From the human T2T-CHM13v2.0 reference genome, Homo sapiens, in the NCBI RefSeq assembly GCF_009914755.1, contig NC_060925.1: a DNA stretch of 64,000 nucleotides. One strand, written 5' to 3'. The translations under genes were made by a program, and so were the position numbers. Of the stretch, positions 42,275 through 55,311 are shown one piece after another. Position 1 is the stretch's first letter, and the number at the start of each line of letters is the position of its first letter. The notes beneath the pieces were generated by a model. The model was not told where the DNA came from, did no database searches, and worked only from the letters and a program-made list of their open reading frames with translations.

Positions 42275-42329
42275 TTAGGTTGGTGAGAAAGTAATGGCAA
42301 AAACCACAATTTCTTTCGCACCAACTTAA
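42275..42329. mobile_element. MADE1 mariner MITE, internally deleted
   Basis: TA-ttaggttggtg...caccaacttaa-TA: inverted termini with TA TSD. Confidence 0.85.
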
Positions 42330-42621
42330 TAGTAAACTCTGGAGTTCTCCCTTTCTTAATCCAGGACACTCCCGTTGTTACACAGATGCTATCTATCCGT
42401 CTTTACTTATAAATATTTTGAATGGATGAGGTGAGGTCTCTCACCTGGAGCCCTTTCATGATATGTCATGCACACCTGAGCCCATGACAAGCCTTTTATG
42501 TGGAATGATGCAAGTGTGAAAGAAAGGATGTGCTTTGCTGCTTCTCTGCCTGTGAGCTACCTTAAAAAATCATATTTAACATTTTCATTGTGTGATGTTA
42601 GGAATGTGTGTGTCCTTTTCA

Positions 42622-42909
<288 letters not shown>

Positions 42910-44929
42910 TTAAAAAGAAAAAAGAAAATTAAATTACTATGATTGAGAGTAGTTTGGGGATAACTGTGAAAAGGGAGACTTGGTTGGTTTCTGGTATATA
43001 AATTCTTTTCATATTCCCTTACCTCGTGCTGTTTATGAAATTTATTCTCAAAATAGCTAGTAAAATATTATGTTGATTTTGACTGCTTGATAGGTATTGG
43101 AACATGGGTGTTTCCTACCTAAAAACAAACATTCACACTTTCAGGCAGAACTCATTAGGCAATTAGTCCTTTATTTGTAAAGCCATATTTATTTGGTTCA
43201 TAATTTTACATTTTTCCCTTGATCCACAGAGACAATTCTATTTCCCTCTTATTTTAATCTGCTTCTCTTTCTTACAATTTATCTGTTGAACTTTGCTGTA
43301 GTTGCCCCCAGGGTCTGGATTCTGGTGATTGCATATTTATGGTGCAGTTCAACATGTTCTTCCATCTTCTGTCCTCTGTCATTTCTACTCATTGGCAGCT
43401 GGGTCCAGAGAATGAATCAGACTTAAGTTTGGTCTTTTTAAAAACCTATAAGTAGGGTATAGCAAGGCTATAAAAAGCACATAATTTTGCCATGTCTTTA
43501 TATGATCTTAACAACCACTGAATCACAATACCTAAGTTTAATCATTTGTTAGGGGTTAAAATGATGAGATTCTAATGCAATTATTTTATTTTTATGTGTT
43601 TGTTAGAGTATTTTTATTAAAAAATTTATCTCATGCAGTATTTTGTTATCCATGATAGAGTTAATAAAAAATGCAGGCTACCTGCTTAATTTTTTCCCTT
43701 TCTTAAACAATTTTAATAACAATGGATTAGTTTCTATTGATAATCTGAAAGTAGGCAATTCTTTTTTAATAGCATTATGCACTCATAGATATAAGTACGT
43801 TTGATCTGTTCAATCCATTGCACTTATTAAAATTATTGAAGTTCAAATGGTGTCATCTTGGTTAGTAGAAAACCCACCAAATTCTTGAAGAATTTTAAAT
43901 TGATCAGTCTTTGCCAGCTTATTTGCTAACTGATATGACAATATTTGCTAGGCTTAGCTTTGCTATGTCCTGTCTGAGACCTGGAATCAGTGATATCTTT
44001 AGCAAACCTAGTTTTCTTGGAGTGAGAAGTGACATTTCAAGACCACAATCTAGGTCTCATTGCTACTGCATTAGTCATTGTTTCTAAGTATTTATAGTGG
44101 AAAAGACTAGAAAACATTTACAGGCAGGAATTATATATATCCCAGATCTGTCCACTATAAAAGACTAGAAACAATGACCAACACAGTAGCAATTTTCTGT
44201 TTACATTGATGCTTGCTATCAAATTTCCAAGACTAAAGTGCTTTTAACTAAACTATTCTCTATTGCATTTGCATGTCCCTTTTTCTATATTAAGAATTCT
44301 TTTTTCTCAAGGACACAGAATATGATAAATTAGAACTGCCACTAATTATTCATTTTTAAATTATTTTTAGATTACTAGTACTATTACCATTGTGATTACT
44401 AATATTAAATAAATTAAACCAAAGAAACTTTCTTGAAATCCACCTCATTCAAAAAAGCACAGGAAAATTAATTTCACATGAAAAATAATAGAAATGTACA
44501 AAGGTCAAATTCTATGCAATGTTATAATAAGAGAATAAGGAACATAACTATATGAATGCACACATACACAAAATATAAATCTGAAACCTAGCCTCATTTT
44601 AGTTGGCCTTACTTTCTCCTAATGCTAAGGAAAAGAAGACAAGGATTCCAATTATTAATTTACTGTACTCAAGTTGTAAACCAATGATATTAGGCTAGAA
44701 AATAAAGATATGATAACTGAAAAAGAGTTGTTAAAATTAATAATATTTATATGAATCTATCTTTTGAGAAATATAGGAAAATTAATTTTAAAACTATGAT
44801 AAATTTGTTGAACAATAACAGTATTAATGGAATTCAGGTAACAGGGTATAATATTCATTTACAAAAATTGTATATGCATATTATATATATATGTTTAAAG
44901 ATGACCATGATTATTATGATCAACTGATA

Positions 44930-46690
44930 CATCACTTCCTGCCATAAACAGCTTGAAAACTGTAAAAATACAAAATACACTGGTTTTTACCACTGAAAAT
45001 AAGCATAGAGAGGCATAGAGAACTGTGAGCCATAACAGAAGAGAGACAGAGAAAGTAAGCCCTGCCTTCCTTTAAAAAGACTGCAGTGCAGAGAAGGAAC
45101 ATAAATCTCAAATTTAGAATTTAGAAATTGAGAAGTTTATAGGGGTACTCCTTAAATAGAGCGAAAACACTAATTTGAGTTGAGGAAATAGTGATCTAAA
45201 TTCAAGGAGATTGAGAAGACTGAAATTTACAAGACAAAGTACTAGAAAAAGTCTAAAAATACTATATAAGAGTACTTTTGAGTCTAGCTGAATACCAAGC
45301 AGCTCAGATGAAAAACAAAACTGCATGAGTACTGACAAAGGATTCCCACCAGGGATGTGGGTTAATTTACAGAGATTATACCGGGTTCAGGTACTTTTAA
45401 GCTCTTATCATCTAAAGCAGAAAAGCCTTATCGAACACCCTGGGAATGCATTAGAGATTTAAGAATCATTATACCTTAGTAATTAAAACTACCCTAGATC
45501 CAGTATAACAAATTTAAACACAGGTCTTTAAGACGGAGGTGATACACAATTGATTGTTGGCTAAGACCAACTTCATCATCATTAAATGGAGAATGAAAGA
45601 ATCCTGAATATTTACATCATAAAATTCAAAATGCCCAACATCCAATAAAAAGTTACTAGAGATCTGAAGAAGCAGGAAAATACGCCATCATTAGCAGAAA
45701 AATCAGTCAATAATAGCAGACCCAGAATTACAGAGATGCATTTTCAGAACAGGCTTCAAAACAGCTATTATAAATATTTTTAAGTATTTGAATATAAAAC
45801 CAACAAGAATATAATAAGGAAGGAAATGCAAACTATAAAAATGGAACTTATGTAGCTGAAATGAATATTTTACTATACAAGTTTAACAGCAGACTAGCTA
45901 TTGGAGAAGAAGAGGTTAATGAACTTGAAGACACAGCAATTGAAGCAGTCTAACCTGAGAAAGGGACAGAAAAGAGGCCAAAAAAATGGAATAGTTCCTT
46001 AATGACCAGTGGAACCGTGTTAAGGAGTCAAACATACTGTAATTGGAATATCTGAAGATAGGAGAAAGAGAAACAAAAAAATGGAGAACTAGTGCCTAAA
46101 AGTTTTCAACTTTGATAAAAACTAAAGCCCACAAGACCAGGAAGCTCAACAAATTTCAAGTAGAACAAACACCATTTATATCTTAATCAAAGTTTTAAAA
46201 CTAGTTATAAAAACGTTTGAAAAGTAGTCACAGGAGAAGAAAGACATATTAGAACATAGAAAACTGGCACTGATTTCTCAACAGAAATAATGGAGTTCAG
46301 AAGACAAAAGTGTAAAATCTTTTAAAGTCCTAAAGAAAAGAAAAATCATCCTATAATTCTTTCTGGTGAAAATATTCTCCAACGGAAGATGGGGAAAAAG
46401 ACACTTTTTTCATATGTTATATATTTGAAAATTGTTCATAAAATCATATATTTTGTTTTCTCACCATAAAACAATAAGCACGTGAGATAATACATATGTT
46501 AAATTGCTTGATTTAGCCGTTTCATAATATAAACAAAAAAAAATTTTTCTCAGAAAATCAGTACTTGAATATATTTATTGTTAGCAGATATGCACTACAG
46601 AAAATATTGAAGACAGGTCTTTATGCTAATGGAAAAGGATTCCAGGCCTGCACAAAGGAGTGAAGAGAGCTAGAAAAGGGAAACACGTGG
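44930..46690 (+). mobile_element. Ancient L1M 5'/ORF1 region, degraded
   Basis: gtttaacagcagactag...gaacttgaagac..agcaattgaa; gaagctcaacaaatttcaagtagaa; gatttctcaacagaaataatggagttcagaagaca. These are L1 ORF1-like and full of stops. Confidence 0.6.
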
Positions 46691-46949
46691 GTATATATAT
46701 ATACACACACACACACACATATATATATAAATCCTTATCATTAAAAGTATACATATTTAAATAATAACTGACCATGCCCAAAAGAATGATATTTAACTGA
46801 TGTCACCTTCAGAATCCACCTTTTTCTTCCTCTCTGGTTCCAGCTCCTAACTGACCACATACGCAGAGTAGAGCCAAACCTCTCTTTTCCAATTCTGTTT
46901 CAGAACTTTACACAGACCTGTGGAGTAGTTCACTTATGCCCATATTTTC

Positions 46950-47258
46950 TTTTCTTTTTCTTTTTATTTTTTTGTGAGGGGGATGGAGTCTTACTCTGTC
47001 GCCCAGGCTGGAGTGCAGTGGCATGATCTCGGCTCACTGCAACCTCTGACTCCCGGGTTGAAGCAATTCTCTGCCTCAGCCTCCCCAGTAGCTGGGATTA
47101 CAGGCACCTGCCTCCACGCCTGGATAATTTTTGTATTTTTAGTAGAGATGGGGTTTCACCATCTTGGCCAGGCTGGTCTTGAACTTCTGACCTCATGATC
47201 CACCTGCCTCAGCCTCCCAAAGTGCTGGGATTACAGGTATGAGCCACCGTGCCCGGCA
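46950..47258 (-). mobile_element. AluS
   Basis: TSD ACTT(A/G)TGCCC(A/G)TATTTTC at 46932-46949 and 47259-47276. Confidence 0.95.
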
Positions 47259-48149
47259 ACTTGTGCCCGTATTTTCACAATTTCTTTTTCCACGGTTCTA
47301 TCAGCATTGTGTATAGCACACTTCACACATAAATTTAACATATCTTATGAAAAATAATATATTGATTTTATGTCTTTAACTTCTCTGAGTTAACAGTTAA
47401 GTTATAGTCCTAGTGACTGGATGATGTCCATGCTCCTATGATTTTCTCTTGTGCTCATTCACCTTCATAGGATTAAACTGATATAAACACAGTGGATACT
47501 AATCATTACTAGGGGACAGCAGGGTGGAAGCATAATCTGCATTATCAGTATCCATTTCCAGCAGAAGCTCAATGCAAAATGCCATCATACATAATATTTT
47601 TCAATTCTCAGCCAAGGTGAGAGATTTAAAATATGTTCAAAGTACAAGTCATGGAATCAGGGGGTATATGTATAAATATATACTAGAAAGTCTTTAATTT
47701 CATATAGATAAATGTTTTGAGCTTTTAGCTGGTATCCCTGATAAATTGTCTTGGTAAAAAAATAATTCAAAAAGACTGAAAATAAAATTTTCTTTTAGGT
47801 TTGTATAACTCAGCTTTCAATATATACCATTTTAGATTAAAGCATTCACTACTGGAGATCAAAGATTCTTGGAAGGACTAAAGCACATAGTAGGTGATCA
47901 AAGGCTCTGATAATTCCAGATTTTCCACTGGCCTGTCTCTGAAACTTTGTAGGATTAAATTACCTAATGCCTGTGAACTTTGGTTTATTTTTCAATAAAA
48001 TTTGAATTATGGACTAGAACTGCATTTGTAAGACTTTTGTATTCTATAAAACAGTGAAAGAAGTGGAGGCTAAACCAATTGGAGTTGTCAACATTTTTTT
48101 TAATAAAGGCATTAAAATATAAAAACTACCATCTCTACTTAATCCATGT

Positions 48150-48189
48150 CATTATAAAGAACATTTTTACATTATAAAGAACATTTTAA
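48150..48189. repeat. 20-bp tandem duplication CATTATAAAGAACATTTT(T/A)A
   Basis: Read directly. Confidence 0.9.
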
Positions 48190-48356
48190 CAACAAAAGAG
48201 TCAGGAGAGCAAATTCAAAATAGCAAGTCCTTTATATCAAAGGAATTAAAATAAAGCTTTAAGAAAAAAAACTTTTCATATTTTTTTCCATTTCATCACA
48301 GACTGATAAAAATTTCAAAAATGTCTAAAATCATTCTATAGATATGTGCTTAAAAC

Positions 48357-48649
48357 TTTATTTATTTATTTGAGACAGAGTCTTGCTCCGTTGCCCAGGC
48401 TGAAGTGAAGTAGCCGGCATGATCTCAGCTCACTGCAACCTCCGACTCCCAGGTTCAAGGGATTCTCCTGGCTCTGCCTCCTGAGTAGCTGGGACTGTAG
48501 GTGCACACCACCGTGCCTGGGTAATTTTTTGTATTTTTAGTAGAGATGGGGTCTCACCATGTTGCCCAGGCTGGTCTTGAACTCCTGAGCTCAGGTAATC
48601 TGCCCACCTTAGCCTCCAGATTACAGGCATGAGTTACTGTGCCCAGCCC
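48357..48649 (-). mobile_element. Alu (Jb/Sx-like), ~450 bp upstream of RGS18 start
   Basis: Antisense Alu with (TTTA)n tail and a small deletion near its 5' end. Confidence 0.93.
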
Positions 48650-48959
48650 AAAACTGTTAAATTAAATGCTTTCTACAATCTTTTTTTAACCATAAAATTC
48701 TGATCTATTGTCTTATTTTGTTACAATATGTTAAGCCAATGTAATTAACATTACATAATCTTATGTCAGTTAAATGTGATTTACTTAACTCATGTAATAA
48801 CAATAAGAAAAATACTTTTTTAAGAACTGGAGAAAATATCTCCTAATGTTTGATATAATACTTTGCCATAACACATTTTAACACACAGTCCACACATTTA
48901 AAAACTTTTTGAAAAGTTCCTGTGGGAAATGACAGTGTTATTTGAGTCTATTAAAGCAT

Positions 48960-49102
48960 CATTCTGGTTGCGCAAACTTGAACGAGAAGTTGCACTGTGG
49001 TAAGACTAGTCTTTATCTTAGAGACCAAGAGTCATTTTGCAAATTTGTGGTATCATTTCCCTAAACAACTTAGGACCAAATTGTACTTCATTTCCTCAGT
49101 TC
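48960..49102 (+). promoter_or_regulatory. RGS18 proximal promoter (TATA-less, no CpG island) with C/EBP, RUNX, GATA and ETS motifs
   Basis: TTGCGCAA 48968-48975; TGTGGT 48996-49001 and 49046-49051; AGATAA on minus strand 49013-49018; GAGGAAATGAAGT on minus strand 49085-49097; Inr-like TCAGTTC. Confidence 0.75.
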
Positions 49103-49273
49103 TGCATTTCTGCAGAGACAGAAAGAAACGCAGCTCTTGACTTCTTTTTTGTAAACATTACTGTAAGAGTTGTGATAACTTTTTATTCTACTATGTATAT
49201 GTATGGAATAGTATTAATAAATGAACTAGGGAAGGATGTAATAAATTAGACATCTCTTCATTTTAGAGAGAAG
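49098..49273 (+). other. RGS18: Probable RGS18 5' UTR within exon 1
   Basis: Inr-like TCAGTTC at 49096-49102, 176 nt upstream of the ATG. The exact start site is inferred. Confidence 0.65.
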
Positions 49274-49392
49274 ATGGAAACAACATTGCTTTTCTTTTCT
49301 CAAATAAATATGTGTGAATCAAAAGAAAAAACTTTTTTCAAGTTAATACATGGTTCAGGAAAAGAAGAAACAAGCAAAGAAGCCAAAATCAG
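49274..49392 (+). CDS. RGS18: RGS18 coding exon 1 (METTLLFFSQINMCESKEKTFFKLIHGSGKEETSKEAKI + first 2 nt of R40)
   Basis: ATG in strong Kozak context (aagATGG) at 49274. The 119-nt frame matches the RGS18 N-terminus as I recall it. Donor AG|GTAAAA at 49392/49393. Confidence 0.97.
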
Positions 49393-49855
49393 GTAAAATT
49401 GTACAATTTTAAGTCAGCCTTATACTTTTAAAAGCATAATTGAGGTTGAAGATTCATTACCTCTTGTTTTTGAACTATTGGGTGGAAAATATATTGTTTG
49501 TATTGCTATAATTTGGGAAAAAAAAACACCTTTTTATTTCTTAGGTTTAAACAACAAACTGAAATCTAAAGTGTTCTCATTAAAAAAAAAGTGTAATAAT
49601 GTTAGCCACATAGAGGAACTAGTGCAATCTTTATTGAAATATAATCTCAAATACTTGATTGTCGGTGAGCAAAAGGAGAAACATTTTCATATGTTACCCT
49701 AATTCCTCCACAAATACAATATTTAAATGGGATTCATGAGTGTGTGGGTATGGGTGGGCGTGGGTTTTTACCAACTACAAAATTTTCTGGTAGTCAGCAG
49801 GAGAGATTTTAACTGTCATCTAAATTGTCCTGACATGAAGGCCTTTTTATTACAG

Positions 49856-49957
49856 AGCTAAGGAAAAAAGAAATAGACTAAGTCTTCTTGTGCAGAAACC
49901 TGAGTTTCATGAAGACACCCGCTCCAGTAGATCTGGGCACTTGGCCAAAGAAACAAG
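49856..49957 (+). CDS. RGS18: RGS18 coding exon 2 (AKEKRNRLSLLVQKPEFHEDTRSSRSGHLAKET)
   Basis: Acceptor cctttttattacAG and donor AAG|GTGAAT. 102 nt, phase 2 at both ends, continues exon 1 in frame. Contains RNRLS (Ser49). Confidence 0.97.
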
Positions 49958-51013
49958 GTGAATAAATTTTCAGTATTTTGAGGAAGATTTTGCTGATTCT
50001 ATCATTAAAGATTTAAGAAAAATGCAGTTAGGGATTTCTGATTTATTGAAAATTACACAGCAATATAAGGAAAGTTAGAAATTTCATTTGAAGAGACTAG
50101 AAATATTTCATAAAATTAAATCACTTGAATTAAATCGCTTGAATTGAATAATCACGTGAACACTTAAAGCTGCTCTTTTAAAATTATATACCTGTCAGTT
50201 TTAAATGACATGTTTTACTCCTTATAACCTGATAAAATGCTCATTAATTTAAGAGTTTTCACAATGCAATATTGTCATAGCAGAGAGATATTCATCTCTT
50301 TCTTCAGTAGTTTGAAAAAACACACGCATTATAGCAAGTAAAGCACAAATAATGTCTTTTAATACTTAGCATTTATTTAATTCAAAAAGAAAATGCAAAA
50401 ACCTTATATACTAGTTTCATACAAATTCTTCCAAATTAGAGTATAATAAAAAAGATCCGAGAAAATATATTCAATTCTCCACATTACCAACATCTCTAGA
50501 ATATTTTTTCTATTAAAATATCTTATATTTCTTATCCCTTTGAAACTTTATTAGTCAAACTTCCTGTATCCGTTTAAAAAAAAAATTTGCAGCCTAGTGT
50601 GGTTACAGCTTCAAGGAAATTGCAGTATAATTTTTTTTTAACTGAAAGATACTGTGAGTTTAGTTTTTTTCTACTTGCTGAATTTAAACAGATAGTTGAC
50701 CTGATTTCTTTATATTTGTTATCTGTGCCCTTTAACCTAAAAAAGGATTAATTTTTAATTAAAAAATAAAACTCACATATCCATGAGAAAAAAAATAATG
50801 TTATTTCAACACATTATTCAACAGACAAATTCCAAAAGAAAATTGAACAATGTTTTCAAAGTTTCTAATGTAAATACAATTTTCATTATATTATAATCAA
50901 AGGAGAAACTGTGAAATATAATTGAAAAGAGCAGTAAAATAGCATATGTTAGAACAGATTCATAAACAGACTTTCTGCACACTCCATTATAAAACATTTT
51001 GTTTCTTGTACAG

Positions 51014-51075
51014 AGTCTCCCCTGAAGAGGCAGTGAAATGGGGTGAATCATTTGACAAACTGCTTTCCCATAGAG
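51014..51075 (+). CDS. RGS18: RGS18 coding exon 3 (VSPEEAVKWGESFDKLLSHR), start of the RGS domain; gene continues beyond window
   Basis: Acceptor ttttgtttcttgtacAG and donor GAG|GTTAGT. 62 nt. The EEAxxWxESFxxLL motif is typical of the start of R4-family RGS boxes. No next exon (expected to begin DGLEAF) was seen before 64000. Confidence 0.97.
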
Positions 51076-51420
51076 GTTAGTGGTACTTTCACCAAATACT
51101 TTGTGTGCTTAATGGAAAATTACACAAACTATGCATGTAATTATCCGAAACAATAGGTCACAAAATTTTTGTCTGATTGTTAATTTTCAGTAATTCAATT
51201 TTCTGATCAACAGAACTAAGTAATAGAAAAGTCAAATAATGGAAATTTTTTTAAAAGTTCTCATTTTGTTTAGAATTACCTACTGTGGATGAAATATTAG
51301 TTATTTATACTGTAGCTAGTTTCAGTTTTTAAATTTTTCCGATTTTTGAATGAAATCTTCGGTTTTATCAAATTCATGATTAACGAACTATTCATGTTAG
51401 TTTCATTGTTCAAGGATTAA

Positions 51421-51786
<366 letters not shown>

Positions 51787-52882
51787 CATAAACACAGTTT
51801 TAAAAAAAATTTATAAATTCTTCATTCTGTACTTCATATCAATTGTCTATTTTTAAAGCAGAATTTTGTAGAAATGTTGAGAATCGAGTATGTATTTAAG
51901 GTGGAGCTTTGTCTGTGAGATGGAGGGTGAGGACAAGCATCAAGGCCTCATTTGACTCTGGAACACTGTTATAATATAGTATGGCTTAGGAGGCAGGCTC
52001 CCTGGATTGCCACTCTTTAGGGTCAATTTACATAAGGTAGCAAGTGAGTGAACTTTGTTGTCTGTATTCATTTTATGCTTTCTTTCAGATAGAAAGACTC
52101 AACTGAGCAGGTGATGCAGCTAGGTAATCACAGATTTATTATTCTCCACCCTGAACTTGTCAGAGTCTGCAAAAAAAGCAATGCTTTATCATTACCAAAC
52201 ATCCACCTCAAGCCCACAGCTTTTTTTTTTTGCACTTTAAACTTGTCCAGTTTCTCACCTTAGTCTTTGAAATACAATCATTTCCCAGCTCTTCCCAGAC
52301 CCTTCCAAGATGAGGTTAGCCAGACTACTCTAACTACTCCTTGTAGCGTTGCCCGTGTCTTTCACAATTTTAAGGTGTCTACTGGAAGAAAGGATTCCTG
52401 TTGCCAGGACAGTTGGGAGTGGAATATTTGTAATTCACCCTCAAATACTATGCTCCATTTAATGTAACAACAACTTTTCTTTTCTGACATATTTTTGTTT
52501 TGTTTTGTTCCCTTCCTTAATTGTCCAACTCTTTATAAGGTCTTGGTGACCTTTTCATGTTCTTCTGAATTTAGTGATATAAAAATTCTATATCTGTAGA
52601 TGATACCTGAAAACTTTCCCTCTGCCAATGAAAGTAGATGGCTGCCTCTGAACTGTAATATTTATAGGTAGAGAAATCAAGGCTTAAACTTAGTTAAGGA
52701 TGTAATCAATGAGAATGGAGAGTTATGGTAAGAAAGTTTGTGCTGACAAAGTTTAACTTGTATTCCTTATATTTCACTCTAAGACTAGCTACTATCACTT
52801 CCTGTTTTTGGGAAAAGTAACTTAAACAGCCTTCCTCAACTACTGTACTCACTTTTCTTCATTTCCAGTATACGACAATTCA

Positions 52883-53218
<336 letters not shown>

Positions 53219-53629
53219 CCAGTATACAACAATTTCTAAACTATTGTTAAAATTCTTGCCAAATCTATGTCAAACTTGCCCCGTACTCACTTTCTTGCTC
53301 CGATTGTTTTGGTTCAGTTTCAGATATGCTCTTTATAGATTAATTACAATAACTTGTGTAAAACTTGCTTCCATAATTCATGTCCCCCAAATGTGTTTAT
53401 TTTAAAATCTCCTCTTATATTCAACATTTTGGTACTGCACTGCCCTTTAGACTCTTCACCAGTCAGAGAAGGAGAAAAGAAAACAAAACAACAACAACAA
53501 AAAAAGAGGACTGGGATTAATTTCTTTATAATATAAGTATTTATTAGAAGGAAACATACATCTTTTCATCTGTGGATTCCTAAACTTAGCACATCCCCTG
53601 GAAAAGAATATAACTGAATTTGTTTCTAG

Positions 53630-53820
53630 AAGTTAGTCCAGAGTTCCAGTGAAATTCGAGTTTTAGTTTTCTCCTAAAACATAAATGGTTGTATAATCTT
53701 AGTTAAGCTTCCTAATCACTCTGACTTTCAGCTTCCTCGACTGTAAATGAAGATAATGTTTTTAGCTCCAACAGAAATAGATTTCTGTCAGGATTAAATG
53801 AGATGATGAATAAGAAACCA
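53630..53820 (+). mobile_element. MIR
   Basis: cctaatcactctgactttcagcttcctcgactgtaaatgaagataat...aggattaaatgagatgat. Confidence 0.6.
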
Positions 53821-55311
53821 ATAAATCTTGGACACTACAGAAATGTCAATGATTGCTGCTATTATAAAAAATAATATTTACTAACCAGCTTAATAATCTT
53901 TTTTTCTGTTTCCAGTCTAGTTACAACTGGATGATGATCAATTAGAGGGTGAAAATTTCAATTGACAATAACATATAGACAGGATTTCTTTCACTTAATG
54001 AATTAGTATATAATAATTTCATCATACTTTCATTACTCATTCAAAGCATAGAAAGATTTAGCAGGATGATTAGTCCTACAGAAAATCCTCACCTAGCATT
54101 CTGTAATCTTTCTTCTTTAAAAGTGGTAAAAAGCAAAAGGACAAAATCGAATTTGCTACTCTCTCTTTTCTCTACTGGTAATATTGAAGAACAGTAAACT
54201 ATCTGCAATTTAAATCAAGAAGAGACACATTTAAAGAAATCAGCACTGACCCACTGGATATTATCACTTGTCATGATTACAATGCTAAATATATTATATT
54301 GAATTCACAGAATTTATATTACCAGTATTATTTTACTCAATCTCCCCTAATCCAATTATTTTTATTACAATGCTTATAATAATATTAAATTGTCAAACTT
54401 AAAATAATCACCTAAAACAAGCCTTTTGTTTGCAGTGGTTAAATTCAGTTTATTTCTATTTATTTGACTCTAGTAGAAAAGTGTGTGTGTGAATATATAT
54501 ATATATATATTTTTTTTTCTTTTTTTTAAAGAGAAAGATCCTACACACACACACACTTCAAGAAAGACATTGCTCTATCAAATTTTATCAAATTTCCTTT
54601 TATAAAATTTTATAAAATGCATACTTTTCTCAAATTCTGTATGTTATGTCATTAAAAGGAAACAAAATTTACTCAGTTTATTCAAATGAGAAATTAAGTG
54701 ATAAATCAAACCAGATACAATGGAAATTTGGGTATTCAATTTGACAAAAACAGTTAATATTAGAACCATCATAAACCGATTATTAGCAGTTTTAGGAATG
54801 AAACCACAGGATGGATGGTTTTTACCCTAGATTTTAGGGGATTAATCAAAATTCACTAGCCGAACAAGGACAGAAGGAGACCATCCAAGCAAAGAATCAG
54901 TATAGGAATGGGGCGTTAAACAATATAATTTAGTTAGGGAATTAAAACCAAAACAATTCTTTATTGAAAAATACAATTTGAAAAGGGATGGTGGCTTAGG
55001 GTGACAGACAATATATCCATGAGACCAAAACAGAAAGGTCACTGATTTTTGCTCTATTCCACAGAAATCAAATGATTCAGGGAGGTGTTCTGATAATTCT
55101 ATTTTATTCTAATTTTAGTCACACAGTTTAACTTTTTTAAAATTAAAAAAAAAATGAGTAAATATAAACTTCAGTTCAAAATTATGCATCAGTGTTGTTT
55201 CAGTAATTGCAACAAATGTCCCATACCAACATAAGATATTAATAACAGGGAAATTGAATCGGGGGCATATTACCTTCTTCTAAATCTGTACTACCTTCTG
55301 TACTACCTTCT

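Noticed and set aside
49037-49249. 70-aa ORF over the RGS18 promoter and leader
   Set aside because: It starts at a TTG upstream of the inferred start site. Only its ATG-initiated 18-codon end is kept, as a uORF.
50818-51051. Antisense ORF overlapping RGS18 exon 3
   Set aside because: Short, AT-rich, with no recognisable domain or supporting signals.
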